Assembly (NCBI GenBank): GCA_951406725.2
Contig: OX597823.1
Location: forward strand, 105,276,001-105,340,000
Reading direction: 5' to 3'
DNA from: Octopus vulgaris
Lineage: Eukaryota
DNA: 64,000 bases
The translations under genes were made by a program, and so were the position numbers. The notes beneath the pieces are model-generated. The model made no database searches and was not told where the DNA came from. It worked only from the letters and a program-made list of their open reading frames with translations. This document shows positions 1 to 13,403 of this stretch, piece after piece. Each line of letters begins with the position of its first letter. Within the stretch, counting starts at the first letter, position 1.

Positions 1-1401
1 ACCTCCTGACAACTGGTAATGTTATATTTGTGTCTCCTGTAACTTAGTGGTTTGGCAAAAGAGACTGATGGAATAAGAACCAGGTTTAAAACAAAATAAG
101 TACTGGGGGCAATTCATTTGGCTTAAACTCTTGAAGGTGGTGCTCCAGCATGGCCACAGTCTAATGGCTGAAACAAATAAAAGATAAAGGATATGATCAA
201 GAATGTGGCTGTGTGTTTAAGCAGTTCATGTTGCAACCATCGAGCTCTGTGATTCATCTCATTCTGTGTTGCCTTCTACACTCGCCTTGGTTGACCAGTA
301 CCATGTGAGTGGAATCAGAGATCTGGCAACCGGAAAATGTGTAGAAAACAGTTGTACATGAATGTGTGTGTGCACACACAAGTGTGTATGTGGTTTCTTG
401 ACAATCTCCATTAACAAACGAATTATAAGAAAACTTTAAAAACTGGTCCTTTGTGAATGAGGTGCCTTGAAATATTTGTCCTGCATAATATTAGTCAAAC
501 CCTTATCCCTGTTACTACCAGAAAAGTAGTAACCCATGACTAGTTCACTAGAAACCTGTAAACATTGACTCTACTGGTTACAAATTCTGATAGGAAATAT
601 TGAAATTTTCATTTCCTAGACAATCACACAATTTTCATTCAGGAACATGAGATCCTCAATAAATAAAAAATTAAGATTTTCTTTTATCTATTGAGGCCCT
701 CATTTCTTTACATATTTTCCAGTCGAGATAGGTAGTCATCATATCATGTTTTCCTGGTACATTGTGAGTGAACTTTTTTAGAGCATTAAGTGGAAAAAGT
801 GGCCACATCAAACTCATTGCACATGTCTTAGCCAGATTTGCTATTATTTGTCGGTGGCTGCTTCTGATAGTGTCAAGATAGATGATACTGGTTCTGAAAA
901 GTCATTATCGAGTCTAATTTCCCAGTCAGTCAAGATCCTTAGAACCAATTGTTGTTCTGTTGTTTGTTGCAATCAAATTTATTTTGTTGTTTTAGGACTT
1001 TCCATTGAGGATTAAATCATTAAATCATCTTGACCATTAGAGCTGTGTGAATTTTATCATTGATGGCTTGGTAAATTTGACTACCGAGGGCATACATACA
1101 TACATACATACATACATACATACATACATACATACATACACATACAGACATAATTCTATATGTGTGTGTGTGAGTCAAGCTAAGTAAAATTGTGGCCCTC
1201 TTTACATACAGGCATGTCCTTTATGGCCATGGCCCTCACTCCCTCTGCCAGTTGAGAGGTCTTTGACTTGCAGTTGCTGGTGCCTGCACCCAGCACACTC
1301 TGTAAAATGGTTGGTATTAGGAAAGGGATCCAGTCAGAAACCATGGCAAAACAAACAATTGGAGCCTGGTCTGCTCTTAGCTTGGCCAGTTCCTATCATA
1401 C

Positions 1402-1810
1402 CTATTTCGTTACTACCCACAAGGGGCTAAACACAGAGAGGACAAACAAGGACAGACAAACAGATTAAGTCGATTATATCGACCCCAGTGCGTAACTGGT
1501 ACTTATTTAATCGACCCCGAAAGGATGAAAGGCAAAGTCGACCTTGGCAGAATTTGAACTCAGATGTGGCGGCAGACGAAATACCTATTTCTTTACTACC
1601 CACAAGGGGCTAAACACAGAGAGGACAAACAAGGACAGACAAACGGATTAAGTCGATTATATTGACCCCAGTGTGTAACTTGTACTTATTTAATCGACCC
1701 TGAAAGGATGAAAGGCAAAGTCGACCTCAGCGGAATTTGAACTCAGAATGTGGCAGCAGACGAAATACCGCTAAGCATCTCGTCTGGTGTGCTAACGTTT
1801 CTGCCAGCTC
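1402..1810 (-). mobile_element. Meta-domain tRNA-derived SINE, head plus two tandem ~184-bp units
   Basis: Minus strand reads GAGCTGGCAGAAACGTTAGC...GAGTTCAAATTC (A/B-box-like), then GGTCGACTTTGCCTTTCATCCTTTC...GTACCAG (Meta-like domain). The unit occurs at 1402-1584 and 1585-1768. Confidence 0.85.
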
Positions 1811-2126
1811 AGAATGATGATGTGAATGATCATTATCTTGCAATGGCCATCTCTTAATCTTTAGTCTGTCTTTGTCTTTGATTATGACATTTAGAATGAA
1901 ACCAACTGGAAGGAGAAGAGAATAAAAAACAAAATATTTAGCATGTTACCGTATTCCATAAAACATTGCCTCTGTCTAAGCCTTTCTGAGGCACCAACTC
2001 TGCTCTTCCTCACTACAACCCCATTAGACGAGCTCTTTTGAAGCACACTTTTCTAGTCCTACTTCTCTAAAATTAACCATTCTTCTCTCTCTCTCTGTCT
2101 ACAACTCTTTCTGTCATCTGTGTATT

Positions 2127-2140
2127 TATCTATTTGTCTG

Positions 2141-2185
<45 letters not shown>

Positions 2186-2353
2186 TCATCTATCCATCTA
2201 TCCATCTATCCGTCTATCTAGCTATCTATCTATCCATCATCTATCTATCTATCAATTTATCTATCTATCTATCTATCCATCTATCCATCTATCCATCTAT
2301 CCATCTATCTATCTATCTATCTGTCTGTCTATCTATCAATCAATCTATCTATT

Positions 2354-2382
<29 letters not shown>
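2127..2382. repeat. (TATC)n/(TCCA)n microsatellite
   Basis: Directly visible tetranucleotide array. Confidence 0.95.
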
Positions 2383-2384
<2 letters not shown>

Positions 2385-3581
2385 ACATCCACGCCGTTGT
2401 TGCTGTTTAACCCCAGGTCAGCTGCCATACAAAGGATTACACTGTCCAGTGTATTCTTTACATAAGATAGTGTGTGAATGTGAACGTTTGTGTGTGTGTG
2501 TGTGTGTTTGTGTGGGTGGGGTGGCGGTGTGGGTGGTTCGAGAGAGACCGGTCTATAATTATTTAGCTGGTCAAGTGACTTTGTTGAGAACTCTTTTGCT
2601 ATTTCGTAGTGAATTGATTTAGTCCTTTGAAAAACAATTTTCATATCAAAGCATGTTCAGCCAAAACTTTTCATCGCCTCATAATGATGATGATGATGAT
2701 GATGGTGGTGATGATGATGATGATGATGGTGATAATTACAGCTGCAGTGATTGTGATGCTGAAAATGTTGACGATGGAGAACTACAATTGAGCTAATGAT
2801 AATGTGATGGTAACAATGATGGTGATAAGGATGATGAGGATGAAAAGGATAATATTAAGAGTGAAGAAATGTGGCTTGTGTTTCCTTGGTAACAGAACTA
2901 ATAAACAAAAAGAAGGTAATATAATTGAGTATGTATGTGTCTGTGTTTATGTGTGTGTGTGTGTATCTAATTGTGTTTGTATATTTCTGTGCATGTCAGT
3001 GTGTATGTGTGATGGCATTCTGAAAGATAGTGTAACATATAAAAACATCGAACCATTGTCTTTCTTTGGAATTTGTATGCAAAGTTACATGCAGCAAATT
3101 CCTTAAATTGTGCCAAAAGTGTTCATGTTTCCAAAGCAGTTTTCTGCGTTTTTTTTTTTTTTATTATTCCAAAACAAAAATTTTTCCTTTTAATGTTTTG
3201 TTTCAGCCTCTTTCGTTTCCTCTGCAACTGAACTGAGTGGCCTTTCTTGAATTGCAGAAGTAAAGACAATACTACAATTACAGTTATGTATGTAAGCATG
3301 TATGTATGTGTGGATGTGTGTGTGCATGTGTGTGTGTATGTATGTATGTATGTATGTATGTATGTATGAAAGTGTGTATGAAAGTGTGTATGAATATATC
3401 CATATGGAGTGTATCTACATTAGTGTTTATGTATTTTGCATGTACAGCTGTTTGTGGATGAATGCAAATATGTGAAAATATGTGTTTTTGTGTATAAATA
3501 TATATATATATATATATATCCATGTGTATATATATATATAAATATATCCATGTGTGTGTATATATCCTTGTTTCTGCGTTC

Positions 3582-3617
3582 CTTTCTGTGGAAGAGCGTA
3601 GGCTCGAAACATTAAAG
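3582..3617 (+). ncRNA. Minimal hammerhead-like motif, CUGUNGA-core family (copy 1)
   Basis: CTTT CTGTGGA A GAGC-GTAG-GCTC GAA ACAT T AAAG. Stem I CTTT/AAAG, stem II GAGC/GCTC. Confidence 0.55.
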
Positions 3618-3826
3618 AGAGTAGATATATAGACAGAGAAGTTAATTTCATTCTTAAGAACATAGGGATAAGAATGTGCATTGTCCGTTTAATTGGAAAA
3701 TTCTATATGTGGCTGAAGTTTGCTCGACATTTTAAAACTGTAAGACCTTCTATTTATAAATGTTCTAAAATCTTCACAGCCTTGGTTTTTTTTATCTCAT
3801 TCGGGGAAAAAAAATTCTATGTATAT

Positions 3827-4180
3827 ACTCTTTTACTTGTTTCAGTCATGTAACTGTGGCCATGCTGGAGCACTGCCTTTAGTCGAGCAAATCGACCCCA
3901 GGACTTATTCATTGTAAGCCTAGTATTTATTTTAGCGGTCTCTTTTGCCGAACCGCTAAGTTACAGGGATGTAAACACACCAGCATTGGTTGTCAAGCGA
4001 TATATATACATATATACGATAGGCTTCTTTCAGTTTCCATTTACCAAATCAACTCACAAGGCTTTGGTCGGCCTGTGGCTATAGTAGAAGACACTTGCTC
4101 AAGGTGCCACACAGTGGGACTGAACCTGGAAGCATGTGGTTGGTAAGCAAGCTACTTACCACACAGCCACCCCTATGCCT
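3827..4180 (-). mobile_element. tRNA-derived CORE-type SINE (family A)
   Basis: Head GTGGCTGTGTGGTAAG...GGTTCAGTCCC, CORE-like ACCTTGAGCAAGTGTCTT, tail GGTGCTCCAGCATGGCC...GAAACAAGTAAAAGAG. More than 10 copies in the window. Confidence 0.85.
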
Positions 4181-5132
4181 ATATATATATATAACTACGA
4201 TTTTTCTCTCTCAACTGCCTTACTTTTACTTTTTCTGACACGCAAAAGGAAAATTTGAATGAATGAACCTTTTTAATTTTGGCTCAAGGTCACCCATTTT
4301 GATGAGAGAGGGAATCGATTGCATTGATCCTAGTGCTCAACTGATGCTTATTTTATTGACTCCTAAAGGATGAAAGGCCAAGTTGACTTCAGTGGTATTT
4401 GAACTTGGAATATACAGAGAGCCAGAAGAAATGCTGTTCACTACTCTTCCCTGATGCATTAACAATTCTGTTGGTTCACCTGTCTTTGTTTAGATAAATC
4501 ATGGCTCTGAATTTCTCACTGGATTCAGCTGTCTTTCTTTGTGTTCAACATTTGATAGCCACTCTCTCTCTCTCCATCCCTCTCTCTCTCTCCCTTCTTC
4601 TATCTCTCTCTCTCCCTCCCTCCCTCTTTCTCTCTCTCTCCCCTTCCCTCCCTCCTTCTCTCTCTCTCTCTCTCTCTCTCCCTCTTTCTCTCTGGCTGGG
4701 TAATCATCTACCTCCTCTACAGCAAGACACTTGTTTCTGTTTCCCTGTCTCCCTATAACTTCCCATCATCTGACACAAGATCACCTCCTCCAACGCCCCC
4801 CCTCTTCTCTCAAAGGATCTTTGTCTTCTAAGTTACTTGGTGATACTGCCAGTGGGGATGCCACTTAAAAAGCATCCAGTCCACACTCTAAAGTGGATGG
4901 CATTTGGAAGGGCATCTAGCTGTAAAAACCTTGCTAAAACTGACCTCGCCTGTGCTTGTGTGACATAAAAAGCTCTCAGTCCATTCTGCTGGGTGGTCGG
5001 TGTTAGGAAGGGCATCCAGTCACAAAAACCTTGCCAAGACAGACACAGAAGTCTGGTGTAGTCTTCTACCTGGTTAGCTACTGTCAAACCGTCCAACCCA
5101 TGATATATATATATATAATTGTAGTTGTGATA

Positions 5133-5379
5133 CCTGTGCCGGTGGCATGTAAAAAGCACCAACTGATTGTGGCTGCTGCCTGCCTCCTCTGGCCCCTGTG
5201 CCGGTGGCATGTAAAAAGTACCCACTACACTCACGGAGTGGTTGGCATTAGGAAGGGCATCCAGCTGTAGAAACACTGCCAGATCAGACTGGAGCTCCTG
5301 GCTTCCCAGACCCCGGTTGAACCGTCCAACCTGTGCTTACACAGAAAGCAGACGTTAAACGATGATGATGATGATGATG
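5133..5379 (+). mobile_element. (GAT)n-tailed RTE-related SINE-like repeat (family C)
   Basis: TGGCATTAGGAAGGGCATCCAGCTGTAGAA...GACGTTAAAC(GAT)n, multicopy in the window. Confidence 0.8.
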
Positions 5380-6015
5380 TATGTATATATATCAGCAGGT
5401 GTAGTGGCAATGGTAGTGCTGGTGAAGGTGTTGCTAATGATGAAAGTTTATGAGTATTTCGATAATAATGATGCAAAGGTTTCAGGGAAGCAGTAAAGAG
5501 GTGAAGGATGAGTTAATGGGACAAACACAGGACAATAGAAGATTTTATGTAATGGATTCTGAGGGAAATCAAACGACAAATTAATTGTTGATAGGGACAA
5601 TTACTACTTCTAAGCAGCCATTGTGTATGTGTATGCACTGGTGTGTGTATGTGCACATGTGCATGGATGTATATTACACAAAGTGCATCTGTGTGTGTGT
5701 GTGTGAGTACTGAAGTGACAATGAGTAACATATTCCCCAGCAACGAAGCTTGTATCTGGAAATACATAGATTGTGCATGTGTGTGCATGACTATGTGTCT
5801 GTGTCTTTATTTATATGTATGTTTGTATCTACTTGTGTTAGTTATCTGTGCATTTGTATATGTGTGCATGAACATCTGTATGTGTATCTATGTGTGTTTG
5901 GGTGTATGGAAGCAGACTAGACTTTTTGCATAAGTATTAACGATGGTGCTTAAGAGATTAGAAACATTGTAATAACATTAGAATATTGTCTTTATCTTTC
6001 ATCTACAATTTGCAG

Positions 6016-6074
6016 ACAAGGAAGATCTGTAGAGAGTTCATTCAGTACATTTCCAAACTATTTTATTGTGTAGG
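6016..6074 (+). other. Candidate small exon (59 nt)
   Basis: Pyrimidine-rich acceptor (tctttatctttcatctacaatttgcag) and consensus donor AGG|gtgagt in non-repeat DNA. No recognisable protein. Confidence 0.25.
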
Positions 6075-6298
6075 GTGAGTGGTCAATAGAAATTTAACTG
6101 TAAGTGACCAAGTGGGGAAATCTGTAGGTGAGATCATCGAAAAGTACTTGTTTGATATAATCTCAGTGAATGGTCAGCAGAAAAATGTTGCATTTTTGTC
6201 ATAATGTTATTATATATATATATGTACCCTCTTTATAATGTTGGCAAATGAAATAGGGATAAGAATGTGCATTGTCCGTTTAATTGGAAAATTCTAAA

Positions 6299-6386
6299 AG
6301 TGGCTGAAGATTGCTCGACATTTTAAAACTGATGTAATACTTACAGTGTTTAATAAAATGAAGTAGCATGAAACAATTGTACTACT
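6299..6386 (+). ncRNA. Type-I hammerhead motif with long stem II (Penelope-type)
   Basis: AGTGG CTGAAGA [59-nt hairpin] GAA ACAATTGT A CTACT. Palindromic stem III, GUA cleavage triplet. Confidence 0.7.
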
Positions 6387-6410
6387 CTACCTTGGATATA
6401 CTTGTTGCTT

Positions 6411-6463
<53 letters not shown>

Positions 6464-7309
6464 GTTTATTGCTTCGTAGATTATTAACCCCAAATCTTGC
6501 AAATGCAGAAAGTCAACGGCCTTTAATGATGATGATGATGATGATGGTGGTGGTGGCAATGATAAATGATGACGATTGCTTACAGTCGTGAATGAAGTAC
6601 ATCATTCTGTCATCTAGCTGTAATCAGTTATGAATAACTGTATGATGACAGACTAGTGTTAGCAGTTGTTATCCATTCTGTCTGCTTTAACCATTAAGGG
6701 CTATTGACATTTTTGACATGTATATACATATGTATGTATAAGTGTGTGTGTGTGTGTGTGTGTGTGCGTGTGTGTGTGAGTGTGTATGTGTGTGTGTGTG
6801 TGTGTGTGTGTTTTTATGTAAGCATGTTCATTTGTTCTCTTCTATTTTTTTAATTATTTGAAATCTTCCTGTAAGCAATGAGATGGTTTCTAACAATGAC
6901 ATAAAGCTCCATAAATGGAATGCTGATAACAAAATAAATTCACATTTTGAACTTGAGATTGTTTGTAGATTTCTTGCTAACAAAGAAAGAATCAGTTTCT
7001 AATTTAGATCCAAGGCTCCTTCACTGGAATTTCTATAACACAAACAATGTAGTTGTGCATATATATGTGTGTATAAGTGCAAGTATTTGTGCTCATAACA
7101 TACTTGATTTATTAGTGTAAGGTGACTCGGGTACACCCAGGATTTCAACATCTTTGTGTTTCCTCAGACAAAAGCACTCTGTTCAAATCTATTGGCACAT
7201 GTTAAGAATAAATATGCAAATCATCATTTTGATTCTTGCTGTTCAGCATGCATGATGATTTATTATTTGTTTGCATGTGTGTATGTGTGTGTGTGTGTGT
7301 GTGTGTATG

Positions 7310-7363
<54 letters not shown>

Positions 7364-7546
7364 TTATTTCCCTTGGAAAGTTCCTCTAATGTACTGCTTT
7401 CTTCTCACCCACTAAATGTTTAAAAAACTAGAACTTATTATCAGTCTTATTGTATCATTTGATTTGTTAAATAATTGAATATTGATACCTTGTAAAATAC
7501 ACAATAATATTTAATTATCATAAAAAAATTCTCTGCTTTGTTTTAG

Positions 7547-7606
7547 GAAATCTTATTAAGGAATTTTGACTGTTAACTGATTGCTGTTATAAAACAGGAT
7601 TCCAAG
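7547..7606 (+). other. Candidate non-coding exon (60 nt)
   Basis: Acceptor ctctgctttgttttag and donor AAG|gtaagt. Stops in all three frames, so UTR/lncRNA if real. Confidence 0.3.
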
Positions 7607-7907
7607 GTAAGTAAACCACTACCTAATGTAAGGAATATTTTTACATTATATTAGAGGGCCTGCTCCTGTTCCTGATATTTGTTTTGGTGTTACTGAAAAT
7701 GTATTTGTCAGTGAAAAAACATAATTTCATTAGAATGATTATAGATTTGAAAGATGATTAAATGACTACCCTGCATTAAACATTGTGGCTTACTCTGTAT
7801 TTTTTTCTTCTATTACTACATCCCCAATATAATCTTAAGAAATGGAGTGAGAGCCGAAGAAGGTGATGTGAGCAAGACACCTACACATCTACATGAGAAA
7901 TAGGATA

Positions 7908-8103
7908 TACAAGAGGCTGCTAAAAAGTTCTTGGCTTTGCATAAAAGAAAATACAAGAGGATCAGTTAATTAAGATTTTGTTCAACACATTTCCCTCTCA
8001 GATCCACACACTTATTGCAATGGTGCTTTAGTTTTTCTAAGCCCTGTAAAATAACTCAGAAGGTAGGGCCTTGAATCAGGCCTTTCTTTGAAACCAGGAA
8101 CTT
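7908..8103 (-). mobile_element. Non-autonomous mariner remnant
   Basis: Ends AAAAGTTCTTGGCTTT / AAACCAGGAACTT (right TIR cut by a SINE). Minus strand encodes GLEKLKHHCNKCVDLRGKCVEQ, resembling the mariner transposase C-terminus. Confidence 0.7.
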
Positions 8104-8105
8104 AC

Positions 8106-8431
8106 CTATTTCTTTATTACCCACAAGAGGCTAAACACAGAGGGGACAAACAAGGACAGACATAGGTATTAAGTCGATTACATCGACCCCAGTGCGTAAC
8201 TGGTACTTAATTTATCGACCCCGAAAGGATGAAAGGCAAATTCGACCTCGGCGGAATTCGAACTCACAACGTAACGCAGACGAAATACCTATTTCTTTAT
8301 TACCCACAAGGGGCTAAACACAGAGGGGGCAAACAAGGACAGACATAGGTATTAAGTCGATTACATCGACCCCAGTGCGTAACTGGTACTTAATTTATCG
8401 ACCCCGAAAGGATGAAAGGCAAAGTCGACCT
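8106..8431 (-). mobile_element. Meta-domain SINE, tandem units, 5'-truncated
   Basis: Full unit 8106-8288 plus partial unit 8289-8431, with the same junction as at 1584/1585. Confidence 0.85.
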
Positions 8432-8432
8432 C

Positions 8433-8648
8433 ACCATCATCATCGTCGTTGTTTAACGTCCTTTTTCCATGCTAGCATGGGTTGGACAGTTCGACCGGGG
8501 TCTGGGAAGCCAGGAGGCTGCACCAGGCTCCAGTCTGATCTGGCAGTATTTCTACAGCTGGATGCCTTTCCTAATGCTAACCACTCCGTGAGTGTAATGA
8601 GTGCTTTTTACGTGCCACCGGCATGGACGCCAGTCAAGGCGGCACTGG

Positions 8649-8650
<2 letters not shown>
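8433..8650 (-). mobile_element. Family C SINE-like repeat
   Basis: Reverse complement of the family C consensus with an (ATC)n tail. Confidence 0.8.
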
Positions 8651-8695
<45 letters not shown>

Positions 8696-9263
8696 GTCTG
8701 TATATATATATATATATAAATACACATATATATATATCTACACATACATACATAAATACATACATGCATATATATGAATGTGTATTCACACACACTATAA
8801 TTTATGTTTTAAAAAAATATTAAGATAAATATGTTCATCTTATCTTTTACTGTTCCAGCCAGAGGCTGAGGCCATGCTGGAGCACCACCCTTCAGTGTGA
8901 TTGGGCTTCTTTTCTGTACTGCTTCTTGTGAAGTAGCAATTTGGACAGAGCTGCTTTTCTTTGTGTCTCTCACTGTGACGTGGGTTCATCCAGTATATCA
9001 AGTGCAAATATTTTCAAATGTTTTATGAAAAATTCCTCTCTCTCCTCCCACACTCTTGTAACTTATCCAACAACACAATCTCTCTCACATTCTTCTCCTG
9101 TCTACTGTATAATCATTACTGTTCTGCTGATCTTCACTACTCCTTTTTCTGCCATGTCACATATATAGATGTTTACATATCATCATCATCGTTTATGATG
9201 ATGATATATACATTTATATATAATAAATATATAAAGTTAATCCAAACAAGAAAGCACAAAAAA

Positions 9264-9345
<82 letters not shown>

Positions 9346-9356
9346 TAAATAGAAAG

Positions 9357-9417
<61 letters not shown>

Positions 9418-9952
9418 TCCATATGTACACACATACAAACACGCACACCAACACAGACATACGCACACATTCAAATATAAGCTCAGGAGAGCGAGATAGT
9501 GTAACATAATTAATTAATGAATTATATCAACAATAATTTTTTAAAAAACTGAAAACGAAGGCTCTGCTTGTAACAACACATTTCTCTAAACTCTTTGATC
9601 ATTAATAATGTTTTTAAAAACAAACAAGAAAAAATTATAATGCATAGACAATGTGCTTCTTATTACTTTAGCATGGACACTGAACAAAGCATTACTGTAA
9701 ATTACTTAACGGTATGCAATTCAAAATAGTCCATAATTTTCTACACTTGTTCGCATTTATATATCTCTGTATGTGATTTTTGTTTTGTATTGTTTTTAAT
9801 GTATTTGTGTTGGAGACTTATTCTGTGTTCGTACACGTGAGTGTGAATGCATGAATGCAATTTTGGTACTCATTTGATGTTTGTATGTGTTTCGCCTTTT
9901 GCTCATACTTTAGTGTATAGCTACATTGTCACGGCATGCAGACATCTAATAA

Positions 9953-9964
9953 ATTATTATTATT

Positions 9965-9996
<32 letters not shown>

Positions 9997-10001
9997 TATT
10001 A

Positions 10002-10055
<54 letters not shown>

Positions 10056-10091
10056 TACTATTATTATTATTATTATTATTATTACTATTAC

Positions 10092-10137
<46 letters not shown>

Positions 10138-10151
10138 ATTATTACTATTAC

Positions 10152-10184
<33 letters not shown>

Positions 10185-10264
10185 GATTTTTATTATTATG
10201 ATTATTATGATGATTATTATTATGATTATTATTATTATTATTATGATTATTATTATGATTATTA
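9953..10264. repeat. (ATT)n/(ATC)n microsatellite
   Basis: Directly visible trinucleotide array. Confidence 0.95.
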
Positions 10265-11122
10265 TATATAAGATATAAATTTTGATTACAAAGAGACTTA
10301 AGTCGAACAAACTCACTGTTTCATCAGTTGAATGTAGTGTTTATTAAAATCTTAGCAGCAAATTCCTGTGTTTATATGTTTGTTATGCAGACAATGGTGA
10401 TTGCTGAGATTTATTTAAAATACTGTACTTACTGCTTCACTGTAATTACTTTGTCAATCCTGATTGCTTAAGCTCGTTGGTGCTTGTAATGTCTTGAATC
10501 TTGTAAGCATTTAAGTATAAGAAATAAAGAAGAAATTATAAATTCATGCTAAAGGATATTTGGCCGCACAAACATGCCAGCACATATAGATGAAGATGTC
10601 ATTGAGTGGCTAAGAAGCTTGCTTTCCAGCTCTGTTGTCTTGGGTTCAATCCCACTTGGTAGCACCTTCAGCAAGTGTCTTCTGATATAGCCATGGGCTG
10701 ACAACAGCCTTGTGAGCAAAACCTGTGAGCAAGACCTGTTGTATATGTGTTTACAATGGACTCTCCTGTTGTTAGACGATGTATGAGGGTTTGAGAAGTT
10801 CTTACTGAACAATCACACAGAGGATTTGTTTATAGTGATCAAATGTTTGTGTAGGCATAAGCTCACTCCCTCCATGGGATCGACATTGCCTACATAGGTG
10901 CAATGGCTGCCACATGTAAGATGACCAAAAGATGGCAGAGCAATGTGAAATGAAGTGCTTTGCTCATGAACACAGTGCAACACCCAATCTGGGAATCGAA
11001 CCCACAATCTTGCAATTGTGAGTGCAACACTTTAACCACTAAGTCATGCACCTTAACAAGGCACTTTCACATATGTGTGTGTGTGTGCATATACATGCAT
11101 ATATATATATATATATATATAT

Positions 11123-11619
11123 ATTACATTTTATAAAGGGCTTAGTAAAATAAATTACTTTGCCACATACTGAACTCATTAGAAATAGCAGCCAAAAGAA
11201 ATTTTTTTAGCCATTTCTAATACTTAAAGAAAATTTCTCTCAGATAATGTTTACTCAAAATCCGAATTAAGGAATTTTGAGCTGACGAAAGAAAAGTCGA
11301 ATTGTATTTGGCTGATCTAGAAACGTACGTTCTCAAATAATCTTTGCACTTGTGATTTTTTAATGTTTTTACCCCCATACCTTCGTGGGCTATTTTGAGT
11401 AAACACTATCTGAGAGAAATTTTCTTTAAGTATTAGAAATGGCTAAAAAAATTTTTTTTGGCTGCTATTTCTAATGAGTTCAGTATGTGGCAAAGTAATT
11501 TATTTTACTAAGCCCTTTATAAAATGTAATATTTTAATTCGCCTTAAATGGTCCCTTTACATACTGAATACTTGGTGAAATTGATTAATAATTAATTAAT
11601 TTTACCCTCAATTGTTGAA

Positions 11620-11622
<3 letters not shown>
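11123..11622 (+). mobile_element. Penelope-like pLTR remnant with ~139-bp inverted repeat, flanked by (TA)n
   Basis: Arms 11123-11261 and 11392-11530 are near-perfect reverse complements. A hammerhead lies in the spacer. Confidence 0.65.
11276..11337 (+). ncRNA. Type-I hammerhead ribozyme motif
   Basis: TTTGAG CTGACGA [AGA..AGTCGAA/TTTGGCT..TCT] GAA ACGTACGT T CTCAAA. 6-bp stem I, palindromic stem III, GUU triplet. Confidence 0.75.
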
Positions 11623-11661
<39 letters not shown>

Positions 11662-11714
11662 TTTTTTTTCCAGTTTCAGCTCTTGAGCTGTGGCCATGCT
11701 GGGGCACCGCCATT

Positions 11715-11875
11715 GTGGTGAAAGAATACAGCAGGGATCACCACCCCCTGCCGGAGCCTCGTAGAGCTTTTAGGTGTTTTCGCTCAATAAACACACACAA
11801 CGCCCGGTCTGAGAATCGAAACCGCGATCCTGCGACCACGAGTCCGCTGCCCTAACCACTAGGCCATTGCGCCTC
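11715..11875 (-). mobile_element. tRNA-derived SINE (family D), 5' part
   Basis: Minus strand GAGGCGCAATGGCCTAGTGGTTAGGGCAGCGGACTC...GGTTTCGATTC. Same family as 31262-31558. Confidence 0.75.
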
Positions 11876-11892
11876 TATATATATATATATAT

Positions 11893-12306
11893 ACTCTTTT
11901 ACTCTTTTACTCTTTTACATGTTTCAGTCATTTGACTGTGGCCATGCTGGAGCACTGCCTTTTGTCGAGCAAATCGACCCCGGGACTTATTCTTTGTAAG
12001 CCCAGTACTTATTCTATCGGTCTCTTTTGCCGAACCGCTAAGTGACGGGGACGTAAACACACCAGCATCGGTTGTCAAGCAATGCTAGGGGTACAAAACA
12101 CACACACAAACACATACATATATATATATATATACATATATACGACAGTCTTCTTTCAGTTTCCGTCTACCAAATCCACTCACAAGGCATTGGTCGGCCC
12201 GGGGCTATAGCAGAAGACACTTGCCTAAGATGCCACGCAGTGTGACTGAACCCGGAACCATGTGGCTGGTTAGCAAGCTACTTACCACACAGCCACTCCT
12301 GCGCCT
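11893..12306 (-). mobile_element. Family A CORE-type SINE, full length
   Basis: Complete head, core, internal (TA)n/(TG)n and (TAAAAGAG)n tail. Confidence 0.9.
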
Positions 12307-12421
12307 ATATATATATATATATATAACGGGAAGGTTTACGAAAATAAAAAACAGACGAAGGCAGGTGGAGTACAAACAAATGATGTATTAGTATGGCACT
12401 CAGGAATAGAAATAAAACAAG

Positions 12422-12459
12422 TCTTTTACGTTTCGAGCCTACGCTCTTCGACAGAAAGA
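12422..12459 (-). ncRNA. Minimal hammerhead-like motif, CUGUNGA-core family (copy 2, best preserved)
   Basis: TCTTT CTGTCGA A GAGC-GTAG-GCTC GAA ACGT A AAAGA, within a ~200-bp dispersed element at 12325-12520. Confidence 0.6.
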
Positions 12460-13000
12460 TACACAGAAAAGAAACAAGGAGAGAAAAAAATGCGTGAAGG
12501 AGCTAACGGTCCAACATGGCGTTCTGATTTCAGGCAGAAGTCAGTGATCAAAGGTCAGTTGTCAGAGGTCAGACGTTAGATGCTAGAGGGATAGTAGGGG
12601 AGATAACAGGGTCAAGTGTCGTCATCCCAACATGAAGGTGCGTGCGTGTATAAGAGAGTATGTATGTGCATGTGAAAGAGGGCTGGTAGTCTGGACATGT
12701 GTGTGTATGTATGATGTGATGTGTAATGTCGTATGGTGCAGTGTAGTGTGGTGTGATGTTGTGGGGAGGTGGGGGCGAGAGTGGGGAAAGCCCATGTGGA
12801 GTGTGGGTTCGGCTGGGGGTTGGGGTAGAGTGGGGGTTGTGGGGAGAGTGAAAGGGGGAGAGAAGAGAGAGGAGGGGAGGAGGGAAGAGAGGGAGGATGG
12901 AGGAGGGGAGGGGAGGAGGGAGAGGAGAAGGAAGGAGATGAGGAGAAGGAGGGGAGGGGAATGTAGGGGAGAGGGAGAGGAGGAGGAAGGGAGAGGGAGA

Positions 13001-13377
<377 letters not shown>

Positions 13378-13403
13378 TTTATTTTAAGCAGCAGAAAATT
13401 CAA

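Noticed and set aside
11790-11875. tRNA gene
   Set aside because: The A/B-box head continues into a SINE body and there is no complete acceptor stem. The same applies to the other SINE heads.
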